Shown here piece by piece: positions 8,900-21,088 of a stretch of 64,000 nucleotides of DNA (positions are counted from its first letter, which is position 1; every line of letters starts with the position of its first letter). The stretch lies in contig VXSP01000003.1 of assembly GCA_009837885.1 (NCBI GenBank), positions 9,069-73,068 of the forward strand. The letters run 5' to 3'. Both the position numbers and the translations under genes were made by a program. The DNA is from Holophagales bacterium (GTDB taxonomy: Bacteria > Acidobacteriota > Thermoanaerobaculia > Multivoradales > Multivoraceae). Below the pieces are notes generated by a model, which was not told the DNA's origin, made no database searches, and saw only the letters and a program-made list of their open reading frames with translations.

Positions 8900-10720
8900 A
8901 TGAAGCGCGCACACGAATCGTCCCGAACCGGCAGCGTGACGCGGTCCGCGATCGCCGCCGCGCTGGCCTTCATTCTGACCGCGGCGAACGCGGCGCCGGC
9001 GGTCGAGATCGCGAATCCCGCCCTGTTCGAGAAAAGCGTGGCGGCCGCGGCGGAGGCGGTAAAGCAGTACGGGCTGCTGGACGATGCGGAAGCGCAGGAA
9101 CGGGTCAACCGGATCGGCTACGAGGTTGCCTACCACGCGGACTTCGACAGCTACCCCTTCACCTTCGCGGTCGTCGACACGCCGATCCCCAACGCCTTCG
9201 CCCTCCCGGCAGGCCAGATCTTCGTGACCAAGGGAATGCTCGACCTGGGCCTGTCCGACGACATGCTCGCCACGCTGCTCGGCCACGAAATCGCTCATGT
9301 CACGTCCGAGCACTTCCTGAAGCAGAAGAAGAGGGCGACGAGACTCAACCTCCTGAGTTCGCTCCTCGGAGTGGGGCTGATCGCGGCGAGCGCCTCCGAC
9401 CGGGAGGACGGGTACGTCGGCCCCTACGGCTACACCCGCGACCAGAGTCCGACCGAGGCGGCGGCCCAGGCCGCGCTGGTCGGCGGCATGGCCATCACCG
9501 AACTCGTCATGCGCAGTTACTCGCGCGAGCACGAGGACGAGAGCGACGAGGAGGGCCAGCGTTTCGCCGCGGCCGCGGGCTACGATCCCAACGCGCTCAG
9601 CCTGCTGATGGCCAGGATGGGTGAACGCATCCCGCAGTCGAAAGCGTACGGCTACTGGCAGACGCACCCCTTCTTCGACTCGCGGGTGCAGGCCGCCACG
9701 GCTCGTGGCCGCTATCTCGCGACGCTTGAGGCAGCGCCGGGCGAAGAGGTCGAGGTCTACCGTCAGGCGACCCAGAAGAGCCTGCTCGACTTCGCGGCGA
9801 ACCCGTCGAAGCGGCTCGGCCGACCCGGCCCGCCGGAGTCGACGCGTGTGCCGCCGGCGCTGCGGTTCGTGAAGACCATGGCTCTCAACGCCTGGCCCGC
9901 CGGGCCGGCAGCCGAGTCGCTACGGCTGGAGACGCTGCACGAACTGCGCGGCCGGGAACTCGAACGGCTGGCAACGTCGAGGGATTACGGCAGCCTGACC
10001 GCCGCCTATCGCCAGGAGATGGAGACCGTTCGCGCCCTGGCCCCCGATTCGCCTTTCCTCGTCGTGCTCACCCAGGAACTCGCCGAACTCCGTCGCCAGA
10101 GCGAGGAACTGTACGCCCAGTCGATCGACATCCTCGACCGCGGTGTGTTCGAGACCCCGTTCCTCGAGGCCTTTCTCTCGAACTATCCCGACTCCCCACG
10201 TACACCAAAGGTGGCGCTGTTGCTTGGCACCGCCTACAGCCGGCTCGGCCGCGAAACCGACGCCGTGGAGAACTTCCTCAAGGCCTGGGAATCGGAGCCC
10301 ACCGGCGAGATCGCCGAGGACGGCGACAGTCCCGCCGCCGCCGCCCAGCGTGGACTGCACAACCTGACGCCGGTGCTCACCCGCCTCGGCTCCCTGCAAC
10401 ACCTGGCGCTCCAGGAGCGCGACCCGGAACTGGGTGAGCGGGCCGAGGATCGCCTGCGCAAGCTGGCCGGCAGCTACGACGACATCACGAGCGGTTCGGA
10501 GTACCTCGAGCGCTTCCCCGAAGGGCCCCACGCCGGAGAGGTCGAGGAGCGGCTGAACCAGTTGGCGGACCTGCTCTACAAGGAGATGGTCATCTACCAG
10601 GATCTGGGCGACGCGGCGAAGGCGATTGCGCGCGCCAGTCAGATCCTCACCCACGCCCCCCTCTCGCCAACCGCCCGACGGCTCAGTGACGAGCGGCTCG
10701 AAGAAGAGCTCGACGCCTAG
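8900..10720 (+). CDS. M48 family zinc metallopeptidase with C-terminal TPR-like region (BepA-like)
   Basis: HEIAHVTSEH (HExxH) with a downstream EDESDEEG region. Signal peptide from ATG 8900 (MKRAHESSRTGSVTRSAIAAALAFILTAANA). Long helical-repeat C-terminus. Confidence 0.85.
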   Translation: MKRAHESSRTGSVTRSAIAAALAFILTAANAAPAVEIANPALFEKSVAAAAEAVKQYGLLDDAEAQERVNRIGYEVAYHADFDSYPFTFAVVDTPIPNAFALPAGQIFVTKGMLDLGLSDDMLATLLGHEIAHVTSEHFLKQKKRATRLNLLSSLLGVGLIAASASDREDGYVGPYGYTRDQSPTEAAAQAALVGGMAITELVMRSYSREHEDESDEEGQRFAAAAGYDPNALSLLMARMGERIPQSKAYGYWQTHPFFDSRVQAATARGRYLATLEAAPGEEVEVYRQATQKSLLDFAANPSKRLGRPGPPESTRVPPALRFVKTMALNAWPAGPAAESLRLETLHELRGRELERLATSRDYGSLTAAYRQEMETVRALAPDSPFLVVLTQELAELRRQSEELYAQSIDILDRGVFETPFLEAFLSNYPDSPRTPKVALLLGTAYSRLGRETDAVENFLKAWESEPTGEIAEDGDSPAAAAQRGLHNLTPVLTRLGSLQHLALQERDPELGERAEDRLRKLAGSYDDITSGSEYLERFPEGPHAGEVEERLNQLADLLYKEMVIYQDLGDAAKAIARASQILTHAPLSPTARRLSDERLEEELDA

Positions 10721-12020
10721 GAGCTTCCGGGCGGGGGCCGCCGTCGGCCTGACCCTGTTCGCGGCGGTTCTGCCGGCGCAGGACGAAGCGACCGAACGGG
10801 AAGCTGCCGCACTCGTCGAGGCCGCCCTTGCCGCTGCCCGTGACGCCGCGAGCGTCGACGATCTCGCGCGGGCGCGCGAGCGCTTCCTGGAGGTCCCCCG
10901 GCGTTTCCCGCGCAGCGAACACCCCCGGCTCCAGCTCCGCGGCCGGGCGCTGGTTGAAGCTGCCGCGCTCGGCCGCCGCACCGGCGTCGAACGGCAAGCC
11001 GCCGGTGAGCTTCTGCGGGTGCTGGAGCGCGAAGCCGGGAGCGAGTGGACGGCGCGCGCCCACTTCGAGCTCGGTGATCTGCTGCTGATGCGAGGCGACT
11101 GGCGGAACGCCGCCCGGCACCTGCGGCTGGCCCGGGAGGGCACGCTCGGCGGGACCGGCGGGACCGGCGGGGGCGGCAACGTCGCCGGCGACGCGCTCGA
11201 ACGGATGACCCTGATCCATCGTCTGATCCTGCGGCCACTCGCGGGCCAGGAGCGCTGGCTCGATTCCCGCAGCTACCTGCCGGCTCGAGCCGGCATCGAG
11301 CGGCCCCGCGGCGTCGCCACCGGGGCCGACGGCCGACTCGTCGTCACGGAGACGAACCGGGCCGCGATCCTCGACGCCGCGGGAGCGCCGGTTTCCGCCC
11401 GCGACCTGCGCGGCGCCGTCCGGCCGAGCCACGCCGCGGGGCGCTTCCCCGGCGTCGTCACCTCCGACGGCGTGACCGGGATGGAGGACCCCCGGACCGT
11501 CTCCTTCGACCGGATCGGCGGCGGCGACCTGGACCGCATCGTGGCCGCCCACCGCGACGACTTCGGCAACTGGACCGTGCTCTCGCGGCGCTCCGCGGAG
11601 GTCCTCCGCTACGACCCTCAGGGCCGGCCGCTCGAGACCCTGCGCGTTGCCGCGCTTAACCAGCCCATCGACCTGGCGGTGGGCCGGGACGGCGCCATCC
11701 ACGTGCTCGACGCCGGCGCCCGCTCGACACCGCCCTCCGTGTTGCGGTTCGCCGCCGATGGGCGCTTCGAGGAAGCCTTCCGGGCCGACTGGAGACGACC
11801 CGTCGCGCTCGCCGTCGACGCGTTCGGCAACCGCTACGTGCTCGACGCCGGGACGCTGCAGGTCCTCGTCTACGATCCGGTCGCCACGCCGCTGGCCGCC
11901 CTCGGGCCCGTCCTGCCAGGCAGCCAGGAGCTGCGAACGCCGGAGGACGTCGCGGTGGACGGTCAGGCCCGGATCTTCATCGCCGACAGCCGGCTCGGCC
12001 AGGTGCTGGTCCTGGAGTAG
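10686..12020 (+). CDS. secreted TPR-like + NHL-repeat beta-propeller protein
   Basis: NHL-like repeats are present (GVATGADGRLVVTE, PIDLAVGRDGAIHVLD, PVALAVDAFGNRYVLD, PEDVAVDGQARIFIAD). GTG 10686 gives a plausible signal peptide (KK..R..AGAAVGLTLFAAVLPAQ). The track start TTG 10626 is also possible. The gene overlaps the M48 gene's 3' end. Confidence 0.7.
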   Translation: MTSGSKKSSTPRSFRAGAAVGLTLFAAVLPAQDEATEREAAALVEAALAAARDAASVDDLARARERFLEVPRRFPRSEHPRLQLRGRALVEAAALGRRTGVERQAAGELLRVLEREAGSEWTARAHFELGDLLLMRGDWRNAARHLRLAREGTLGGTGGTGGGGNVAGDALERMTLIHRLILRPLAGQERWLDSRSYLPARAGIERPRGVATGADGRLVVTETNRAAILDAAGAPVSARDLRGAVRPSHAAGRFPGVVTSDGVTGMEDPRTVSFDRIGGGDLDRIVAAHRDDFGNWTVLSRRSAEVLRYDPQGRPLETLRVAALNQPIDLAVGRDGAIHVLDAGARSTPPSVLRFAADGRFEEAFRADWRRPVALAVDAFGNRYVLDAGTLQVLVYDPVATPLAALGPVLPGSQELRTPEDVAVDGQARIFIADSRLGQVLVLE

Positions 12021-12026
12021 TTGAGG

Positions 12027-14438
12027 ATGTTCCGTCGCCTCTTCGCCGTCGCGGCCGTTCTGACGGTCCTGGCCGGCTTCAACGGCGCTGCTTCCGCGCA
12101 ACGAATCGGGGTGCAGGAGATCGGCCGAAGCGACCTCGAGATCGAGCGGTCGACACGACTGCCGCCCCAGGCCGCGGCCGCTCTGAGCGAGGCCGGCGAC
12201 ATCTATGCCGGCGGCGACTCCGAGGCCGCCGTTCCGCTGCTGCAGGAGGTGATCGACACTCTCGAACCGCTCGCCGCGGGAGGAGGACGGAACCTCGCCG
12301 CCGACGACCCACGGCTCTTCGAGACTTTGCGCACTGCCTGGCTCTACCTGGCCGCCGCCCGCTGGACGCTGGAGGATCGGGAGGGCGCCGACCAGGCTCT
12401 CGACCGGATCATCCGGCTCGACCCGCTGTTCGAACTGAACGCGGAGACCGCCGGCAGGCAACTGACGGACCGGTTGCAGGGCCGGAAGGAAGAACTCGTC
12501 GGCCGCGTTTCTTTCCTGGTCATGCCGCTGGATGCGGAGATCCGCGTCGGCGACCTGGCGTTCGAGAACGCCGCGCCACCCCCCGAGCCGCCGCCCGCCG
12601 AGGAAGGCGCGGCCGAAAGCGAAGGCGCGGAGGAGGAGCCGGCCGTCGAGGGCGACGTTGCAGCCGAGTCCGGCGACCCCGCTTCCGAGGAGGGAGCCGA
12701 GCCCGAACCCGAGCCGTTCGTGCCGCCGGAGCCCACCGCGATGCTGGCCGGCTCCTACCTGGCACAGGTGTCCCGCCCCGGCTATCTGCAGACCACCGCC
12801 GCCTTCGCCATCGCCGGGGGACGGGACCTGGAGGTCGAGGTCGAACTGGAGCGCGACAGCGCGGTCGTCCGCCTGCGCACCGCCCCGACCGGCGCCGCCG
12901 TGCTCGTCAACGGGATCGAACGCGGACTGACCGAGGGCCAGGCCGAGCCCTGGTTCCGGCCGGAAGGGGCGGCCTCCGACCACCCACCCGAGGACTTCTC
13001 GCGCGAACTGTGGCTCGATGATCTACCGGCCGGCCGTTACCGGATCGACATCGAAAAGGACGGCTTCCGGAGCTTCCGCACCAGTCTTCAGCTCCCCGAC
13101 CTGGTGGACTACGAGCTGCCGCCGATCGTCCTGGAGCGCGAGGAAGCGGTAGTCGGCCTGGTCGGTCTGACGGAAGGCGCAAGTGTCCTCGGCAACGGTC
13201 GAGTGCTCAGGCCCGACTGGTCGAAGTCCCCGCCCCAGGTTCGCCTGCCGCCGGGTGCGTACGACCTGTCGGTGACCCACGGCACGCTCGGCTACTTCGA
13301 AACCTCGGTGGTCGCCGAGGACCGGCGCCGGGTCGACATCGAGATCCAGCTCCGGCCGGCGCTCGTCTACCTTGGCGTGCTCGGCGACGACCCCGCCGGC
13401 GTTCGCGCCGTCGAGCTCGCGCTCGACGCCTTCCGCGGCGCCGGCACATACACCGTCCTCGATCGGGGCGCCGAGGGGACGGGCCTGCTCGCCGATCTGG
13501 GCGTCGGCGCCGACACGTTGCGTGCCCGGAGCGCGGCCCAACGAGAACTCGACTGGACCGCGATCCAGGGCCAGGTCCAGGCGAGGTTGCCGGCCGCGCT
13601 CTACGTCGTCGCCGTCCTGAACGACGACCTGGTCGCCGACGCGGTCGACCTGTGGTGGTGGCCGGCCGTCCCCGGACCGCCGTCTCCCGACGTACGGACT
13701 CTGCGGATCGAGAACCGGCGGCTCGAGGAGGGCGCGCTGCAACGACTGGCGGCGGCCCTCGATCCGGACCTCGGGCAACGGACGCCCCGGTTCGGCGCCA
13801 CGCTAATCGACTCCCGGGCAGGAGGCGTGCCGATCGTGGCCACGGTGGAGCCGGGCGGTCCAGCCGCGGCGGCGGGGCTCGTGCCTGGCATGGAAGTCGT
13901 CACGATCGCCGGCGAACCGGCGTCTTCCACGATCCAGTTGACGAACGCCGTTGAACGCCTCGAAGCCGGCGATGCGATCGAACTCGTCACCCGCGGCGAG
14001 GGCGGAGTCACGGTCCGCCGCGTCGAACCGGAATGGGGATGGACCCTGCTCGACGCGTTCGATCCCGATCTTCTGCCGTCCGCGGTCGCTGCCCGACTGC
14101 ACCAGGAGCTGGAGCGCGCCGGAGACATCCCGCGGTGGCTGCTGGAACTCGATCTGGCGAACCTGCTGCTGGCCGGCGGCGACCCGACGGCTGCCGTCCG
14201 CCAGCTCCGGACAATCGAGGCCCCCGGCCGCAGCGGACTCGGCCGCGACACGGTCCAGTACATGCTGGGACTGGCCCTGACCATCCTCGCGGAGGAGGGG
14301 CGGGACGAGTATCGACCGCGGGCCCGCGCCGTCTTCGAGGCGCTCGCCTCGACCGAACGCGGGCGGCTCGGAGCTGACGCCGGGTCGGAGATCGCTCCGC
14401 GCGCCCGGTTGCACGCGGAAGCGCTGGCCGACAACTGA
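12027..14438 (+). CDS. secreted multidomain protein (TPR-like, acidic Pro/Glu linker, PEGA-like domains, PDZ domain)
   Basis: Signal peptide MFRRLFAVAAVLTVLAGFNGAASAQ. PEGA-like segments (VVRLRTAPTGAAVLVNGIERG). PDZ-like segment (VPIVATVEPGGPAAAAGLVPGMEVVTIAGEP). The start is ATG 12027 or TTG 12021. Confidence 0.7.
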   Translation: MFRRLFAVAAVLTVLAGFNGAASAQRIGVQEIGRSDLEIERSTRLPPQAAAALSEAGDIYAGGDSEAAVPLLQEVIDTLEPLAAGGGRNLAADDPRLFETLRTAWLYLAAARWTLEDREGADQALDRIIRLDPLFELNAETAGRQLTDRLQGRKEELVGRVSFLVMPLDAEIRVGDLAFENAAPPPEPPPAEEGAAESEGAEEEPAVEGDVAAESGDPASEEGAEPEPEPFVPPEPTAMLAGSYLAQVSRPGYLQTTAAFAIAGGRDLEVEVELERDSAVVRLRTAPTGAAVLVNGIERGLTEGQAEPWFRPEGAASDHPPEDFSRELWLDDLPAGRYRIDIEKDGFRSFRTSLQLPDLVDYELPPIVLEREEAVVGLVGLTEGASVLGNGRVLRPDWSKSPPQVRLPPGAYDLSVTHGTLGYFETSVVAEDRRRVDIEIQLRPALVYLGVLGDDPAGVRAVELALDAFRGAGTYTVLDRGAEGTGLLADLGVGADTLRARSAAQRELDWTAIQGQVQARLPAALYVVAVLNDDLVADAVDLWWWPAVPGPPSPDVRTLRIENRRLEEGALQRLAAALDPDLGQRTPRFGATLIDSRAGGVPIVATVEPGGPAAAAGLVPGMEVVTIAGEPASSTIQLTNAVERLEAGDAIELVTRGEGGVTVRRVEPEWGWTLLDAFDPDLLPSAVAARLHQELERAGDIPRWLLELDLANLLLAGGDPTAAVRQLRTIEAPGRSGLGRDTVQYMLGLALTILAEEGRDEYRPRARAVFEALASTERGRLGADAGSEIAPRARLHAEALADN

Positions 14439-15586
14439 TGGCGCGGCGGGATGCCTCGGGCGCGGGGCCGCGGCCCGATGTCCTCGTGGTCGGCGGCGGC
14501 CTGATCGGGCTGCTGATCGCTCGCGAGCTCGCCCTCGCGGGCGCCCAGATCGAGGTCGTCGACGACCGCCAGGAGGGCGCGGCATCGCCCAACGCGGCCG
14601 GGATGATCGCGCCGATCGCGGAGAGCATCGCCGACCAGGCGTTCGCCAGGATCTCGGTTCGGTCACGCAACCTCTGGCGCGATCTGGCGCCCGCGCTCGA
14701 ACGGGAGAGCGGCATGTCGATCGACTACGACGACTCCGGCTCTCTCCTGCCGGTCCTCGATCCGGACGGTCGCAAGGTGCTCGACCGGATCAAGGCCCAA
14801 GCGCTTGGCCTGGGCGAAACGGCCCGGGATCTCGATCGGGCCGAGCTGCGCGAGCTGGTGCCCGATCTGCGCCCCGGGATCGAGGAAGCGCTGCTGCTGC
14901 CGGGGGAGCATCGGGTCGACAACCGGCTGGCTACGACGGCCGCGGCGGCGGCGCTGCGCCACCGGAACGTCGTCGTCCACCGCGCCACGGTCGAGCGCGT
15001 CGCCGAGGCGCCCGGGCAGGTCGTCGCGTCGGGTGATGACTTCGAGCGCGCCGCCGGCGCCGTCGTCGTCTGCGGCGGCGCCTGGACTCCCCGGGTCCAC
15101 GGGTTGCCGGCACTCCCCATCGTCCCCGTCAAGGGTCAGATGATCGCCTTCGACGGAATCGACTGGCCGTTCACAGGCGCCATCCGTACGCCGGCGTTCT
15201 ATGCCGTGCGCCGGGCCGGCGGGCGCCTGCTGATCGGCGCCTCCGTCGAACACGCCGGCTTCGATCTCAGCCTGACCGACGAAGTCAGCGCGGATCTGGC
15301 GACGGGGGCCGCCGCCGTGCTGCCCACCCTGAAGGACCGTGAGCCCGTCGAACACTGGGCCGGCTTGCGGCCCGGTACGCCCGACCCCTGGCCCATCGTC
15401 GGCCGATTGAGCGAGAGACTGCACGTCGCTACCGGCCACTTCCGCAACGGCATCCTGCTGGCCCCGCTCACCGCCAGGATGATCCCGCCGCTGGTGCTCG
15501 ATCAGCAGCCTGACGACCCCTGGCTGAGCATCCCTGAAGTCATGCTCCCGGGCCGCTTTACCGCCGCCGAGCGTCTTTCCTCCTGA
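14438..15586 (+). CDS. thiO: FAD-dependent glycine oxidase (ThiO-like)
   Basis: Dinucleotide-binding motif VLVVGGGLIGLLIARELA. C-terminal GHFRNGILLAPLTA, typical of ThiO/DAO family. The ATG overlaps the upstream TGA (TGATG). Confidence 0.75.
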   Translation: MARRDASGAGPRPDVLVVGGGLIGLLIARELALAGAQIEVVDDRQEGAASPNAAGMIAPIAESIADQAFARISVRSRNLWRDLAPALERESGMSIDYDDSGSLLPVLDPDGRKVLDRIKAQALGLGETARDLDRAELRELVPDLRPGIEEALLLPGEHRVDNRLATTAAAAALRHRNVVVHRATVERVAEAPGQVVASGDDFERAAGAVVVCGGAWTPRVHGLPALPIVPVKGQMIAFDGIDWPFTGAIRTPAFYAVRRAGGRLLIGASVEHAGFDLSLTDEVSADLATGAAAVLPTLKDREPVEHWAGLRPGTPDPWPIVGRLSERLHVATGHFRNGILLAPLTARMIPPLVLDQQPDDPWLSIPEVMLPGRFTAAERLSS

Positions 15587-15670
15587 GGGCGACTCTGTTA
15601 CTGTCTGCCGCGTTTCAACGCCGTCAGGGCAAGAGCCCCGGGCGGCGCGCGGCCCGCGAGGAAGAGTCCG

Positions 15671-15922
15671 ATGACCCACATCATCTTCGAACCCTGTATC
15701 GGCGTGAAGGACACGTCGTGCGTCGATGTCTGCCCCGTCGACTGCATCTACGACGATGACGACTGGGAACTGCTCCTGATTCACCCGGAGGAGTGCATCG
15801 ACTGCGGCCTGTGCGTCGATGCCTGCCCGGTGCAGGCGATCCTGCCCCTGGAGGAAGTTCCCGAGGGTCAGGAGAAGTACATCGCGCTGAACTACACGGC
15901 GTTCGGCTTCGACCCGCCGTGA
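15671..15922 (+). CDS. fdxA: ferredoxin (FdxA-like, 2 Fe-S cluster motifs)
   Basis: MTHIIFEPCIGVKDTSCVDVCPVDCIY...HPEECIDCGLCVDACPVQAI matches the 7Fe-type ferredoxin pattern. Confidence 0.9.
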   Translation: MTHIIFEPCIGVKDTSCVDVCPVDCIYDDDDWELLLIHPEECIDCGLCVDACPVQAILPLEEVPEGQEKYIALNYTAFGFDPP

Positions 15923-15952
15923 TGGGCTGAGCCGATCCAGGCGGGTTCCCAG

Positions 15953-16037
15953 GGGCGCGACGCAAGTCGCGCCCTTCGTGCATGTGGCCCCGGGTCCTTT
16001 GACCCGGGGAAGAAACCGAGCCGGCCGCAAGGCCGGC
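15953..16037 (+). terminator. cluster of three GC-rich tetraloop hairpins downstream of the ferredoxin gene
   Basis: Hairpin 1: 15953-15974, GGGCGCGAC-GCAA-GTCGCGCCC followed by TT. Hairpin 2: 15988-16009, CCCCGGGTC-CTTT-GACCCGGGG. Hairpin 3: 16020-16037, GCCGGCC-GCAA-GGCCGGC. There is no strong U-tract, so intrinsic-terminator function is uncertain. Confidence 0.4.
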
Positions 16038-16041
16038 GTCC

Positions 16042-16075
16042 TTGTGCTTCCAAAGTTGAGTGAGTTAGACTAAAC
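16042..16075 (+). promoter_or_regulatory. candidate cbpA-clpB promoter with overlapping HAIR-like (HspR-type) inverted repeat
   Basis: TTGTGC (16042-16047), 18-nt spacer, TAGACT (16066-16071). gTTGAGT-N7-ACTaAAc at 16055-16075 matches 11/14 of CTTGAGT-N7-ACTCAAG. Confidence 0.35.
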
Positions 16076-16131
16076 TCTCTGCCGAAGTTGGGTCGAAATC
16101 GCTCAGGCCCGCGCTCAGAACAGGGAACCAC

Positions 16132-17112
16132 GTGGAGTACAAGGACTACTACCAGACGCTCGGCGTCGACAAGGAAGCGACGGCCGCCGACATCCAGAAG
16201 GCCTACCGCAAGCTGGCGCGCCAGTTCCACCCGGACGTCAACAGGGACCCGGGCGCCGAGGCCCGCTTCAAGGAAGTCGGCGAGGCCTACGAGGTGCTGA
16301 AGGATCCGGACAAGCGCGGCAAGTACGACCAGTACGGCGCCGCCTGGAAGCAGGTCCGGACCGGAGGCGCTCCGCCCCCCGGCTGGGAGGGCTTCCATTT
16401 CGACTTCGGCGGCGGCGACAGTCGATTCGAGTTCCGGAGCGCGGGCGGCGGCTCCGGCTTCAGCTCTTTCTTCGACATGCTCTTCGGCGGCGCGGGACCC
16501 CAGGGCTTTCCCGGCGGCGGCCGGCAGTCGACCTGGTCCCCTCCTCGCCGGGGCCGGAACCACGAGGTCTCGCTGCAGCTCAGCCTCGAGAGCCTGGCGG
16601 AGGGCGGCCCGCAGACGATCGAGTTCCTCGACCGTTCCAACGGCCGGACGCGGAGACTCGAAGTCCGGATCCCGAAGGGCGTGCTGCCGGGCCAGTCGAT
16701 CCGGCTCGGCGGCCAGGGCGGAAAGGGCGCGGGCGGACCGGACGGCGACCTGTTGCTCCGGGTCGAAGCCCTGCCGCATCCCGTCTTCCGGCGCCGCGAC
16801 CGCGACCTCCACTGCGACGTGCCGGTCTCACCGTGGACGGCGGCACTCGGCGGCAAGGTTCGGATTCCGACGCTGGGCGGAACCGCCGAGGCGCGGCTCC
16901 CCGCCGGTTCATCCACCGGGCGGAAGATGCGACTGCGCGGCCGCGGTCTGCCCAACCCGAAGGGGCCAGACGGCGACCTGCTCGCCGAGATCCAGGTCGT
17001 CGTTCCCACCGAATTGACCGACGAGGAGAGAGCCCTGTTCGAGCAGTTGGCCGAGACGTCCGCGTTCGAGCCGTCCTGTGACGCCTCGGGCACCACCCGC
17101 AACGACACTTGA
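16132..17112 (+). CDS. cbpA: J-domain co-chaperone without zinc finger (CbpA-like DnaJ class II)
   Basis: [35 protein letters not shown]-domain with HPD. G/F-rich linker. No CxxCxGxG repeats. GTG start. Confidence 0.85.
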   Translation: MEYKDYYQTLGVDKEATAADIQKAYRKLARQFHPDVNRDPGAEARFKEVGEAYEVLKDPDKRGKYDQYGAAWKQVRTGGAPPPGWEGFHFDFGGGDSRFEFRSAGGGSGFSSFFDMLFGGAGPQGFPGGGRQSTWSPPRRGRNHEVSLQLSLESLAEGGPQTIEFLDRSNGRTRRLEVRIPKGVLPGQSIRLGGQGGKGAGGPDGDLLLRVEALPHPVFRRRDRDLHCDVPVSPWTAALGGKVRIPTLGGTAEARLPAGSSTGRKMRLRGRGLPNPKGPDGDLLAEIQVVVPTELTDEERALFEQLAETSAFEPSCDASGTTRNDT

Positions 17113-17140
17113 GTTCGCCAGGCAGGAGAACCTGAACGAC

Positions 17141-19789
<2,649 letters not shown>

Positions 19790-19826
19790 AACAGCACCCC
19801 TCCACGCCCGTACTCCAGGAGCCGAC

Positions 19827-21083
19827 ATGAAGCTCTACGCCTTCCAGGGCTACCGCTACAACTCCGCCGTGGTCGATGCCGCCGCGCAGGCGGCGCCTCC
19901 CTTCGACCAGATCGACGAGACCCTGCGCGACCGCCTGCACGCGCAGTCGCCGCACCAGTTCGCCCGGGTGACGAAGCCCGCCGGCGACCAAGCCAGGACA
20001 ACGCACGAGCAGTCGGCGGCGCTTCATCGCGAGTGGCTCGAGCAGGGCGTCGTCACCAGGGACGAAGCGCCATCGGTCTATCCGTACGCGATCACCGAGC
20101 CCGACGGCGCGAGCCGTCTCGGCCTGTGCGCGCTGGTTGGCGTCGAGCCGGGACGCGAAGGCGACCTCTGGCCGCACGAACAGACCGTCGCGAAGTCGAT
20201 CGCCGAGCGCCTGGACCTGCTGCGGCTCACCCGGATCGACATCGAGCCCGTCTTCTACCTCGCCGAAGACGACGGCACCCTGGAACACCTGCTCGCCGAG
20301 GACTGCGGCGGCGGCGCGGGCGACGCCCTGGTCGACCACACCGATCCCTGGACCGGCGATGTCCACACGCTCTACCGGATCACCGACCCCGAGCGGATCG
20401 CCGCCTACGCCGGCGCGCTGGCAGGCGCCCGCGCCGCCATCGCCGACGGCCACCATCGCACCCAGGTGGCGCAGACCTACGCAGCCGAAGAGGGCGCTGA
20501 GAGCGGCACCGCCGCGGCGTGCAAGATGGTCGTGCTGACCAGCCTGGCATCCGCGAACCTGCGGATCGACCCCGTCCACCGCGGTATCCGTGTGGAGGTC
20601 GACCGCGAGGCGATGTCCGCCCTGCCGCTGGTCAGGGAGCCGCTGGAGGCGACGGCGGGAGACGAGATCGCCGCCCGCGTGGCAGCGGCCCCCCAGCCGG
20701 CGCTCGCCGTCTGGTTCCAGGGCGACGAGGCCCCCGAACTCTGGACCCTCGACCCGGACGCCGCCCCGGCCGACACTCCCGGCCGCAAGGCGAACCTGCC
20801 CGCCGTCCTCCTCCACCATCACCTGCTGAAGACCACCGGCGTGCCGATCGAGTCCGCCACCGACGGCAGCATCGCCTACGAAGCCGACCCCGACGAGATC
20901 GTCTCCCTGCTGGAGCGCTCGGAGATCACCGCCGGCGTCTTCCTGCCGCCGATGACCCCGAAGCAGTTCGCACTGGCTACTGAGGACGGCGACCTGCTGC
21001 CGCCCAAGTCGACGCGGTTTCTACCGAAGCTGGTGTCAGGCCTGGTGTGGTGCGGGCACGATGCGGAGATCGTGCCCGGCTGA
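19827..21083 (+). CDS. DUF1015 family protein
   Basis: MKLYAFQGYRYN....APPFDQI... and ADGHHR motifs are characteristic of DUF1015. AGGAG RBS upstream. Confidence 0.8.
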   Translation: MKLYAFQGYRYNSAVVDAAAQAAPPFDQIDETLRDRLHAQSPHQFARVTKPAGDQARTTHEQSAALHREWLEQGVVTRDEAPSVYPYAITEPDGASRLGLCALVGVEPGREGDLWPHEQTVAKSIAERLDLLRLTRIDIEPVFYLAEDDGTLEHLLAEDCGGGAGDALVDHTDPWTGDVHTLYRITDPERIAAYAGALAGARAAIADGHHRTQVAQTYAAEEGAESGTAAACKMVVLTSLASANLRIDPVHRGIRVEVDREAMSALPLVREPLEATAGDEIAARVAAAPQPALAVWFQGDEAPELWTLDPDAAPADTPGRKANLPAVLLHHHLLKTTGVPIESATDGSIAYEADPDEIVSLLERSEITAGVFLPPMTPKQFALATEDGDLLPPKSTRFLPKLVSGLVWCGHDAEIVPG

Positions 21084-21088
21084 GCCGC

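Noticed and set aside
10683-12983. 766-aa ORF antisense to the NHL and PEGA/PDZ genes
   Set aside because: Same reasoning as the other antisense ORFs. The sense-strand genes have signal peptides, repeats and domain motifs, while the antisense product is low-complexity.
14380-14440. TPP riboswitch upstream of thiO
   Set aside because: thiO starts in a TGATG overlap with the preceding CDS, so there is no leader in which a riboswitch could reside.
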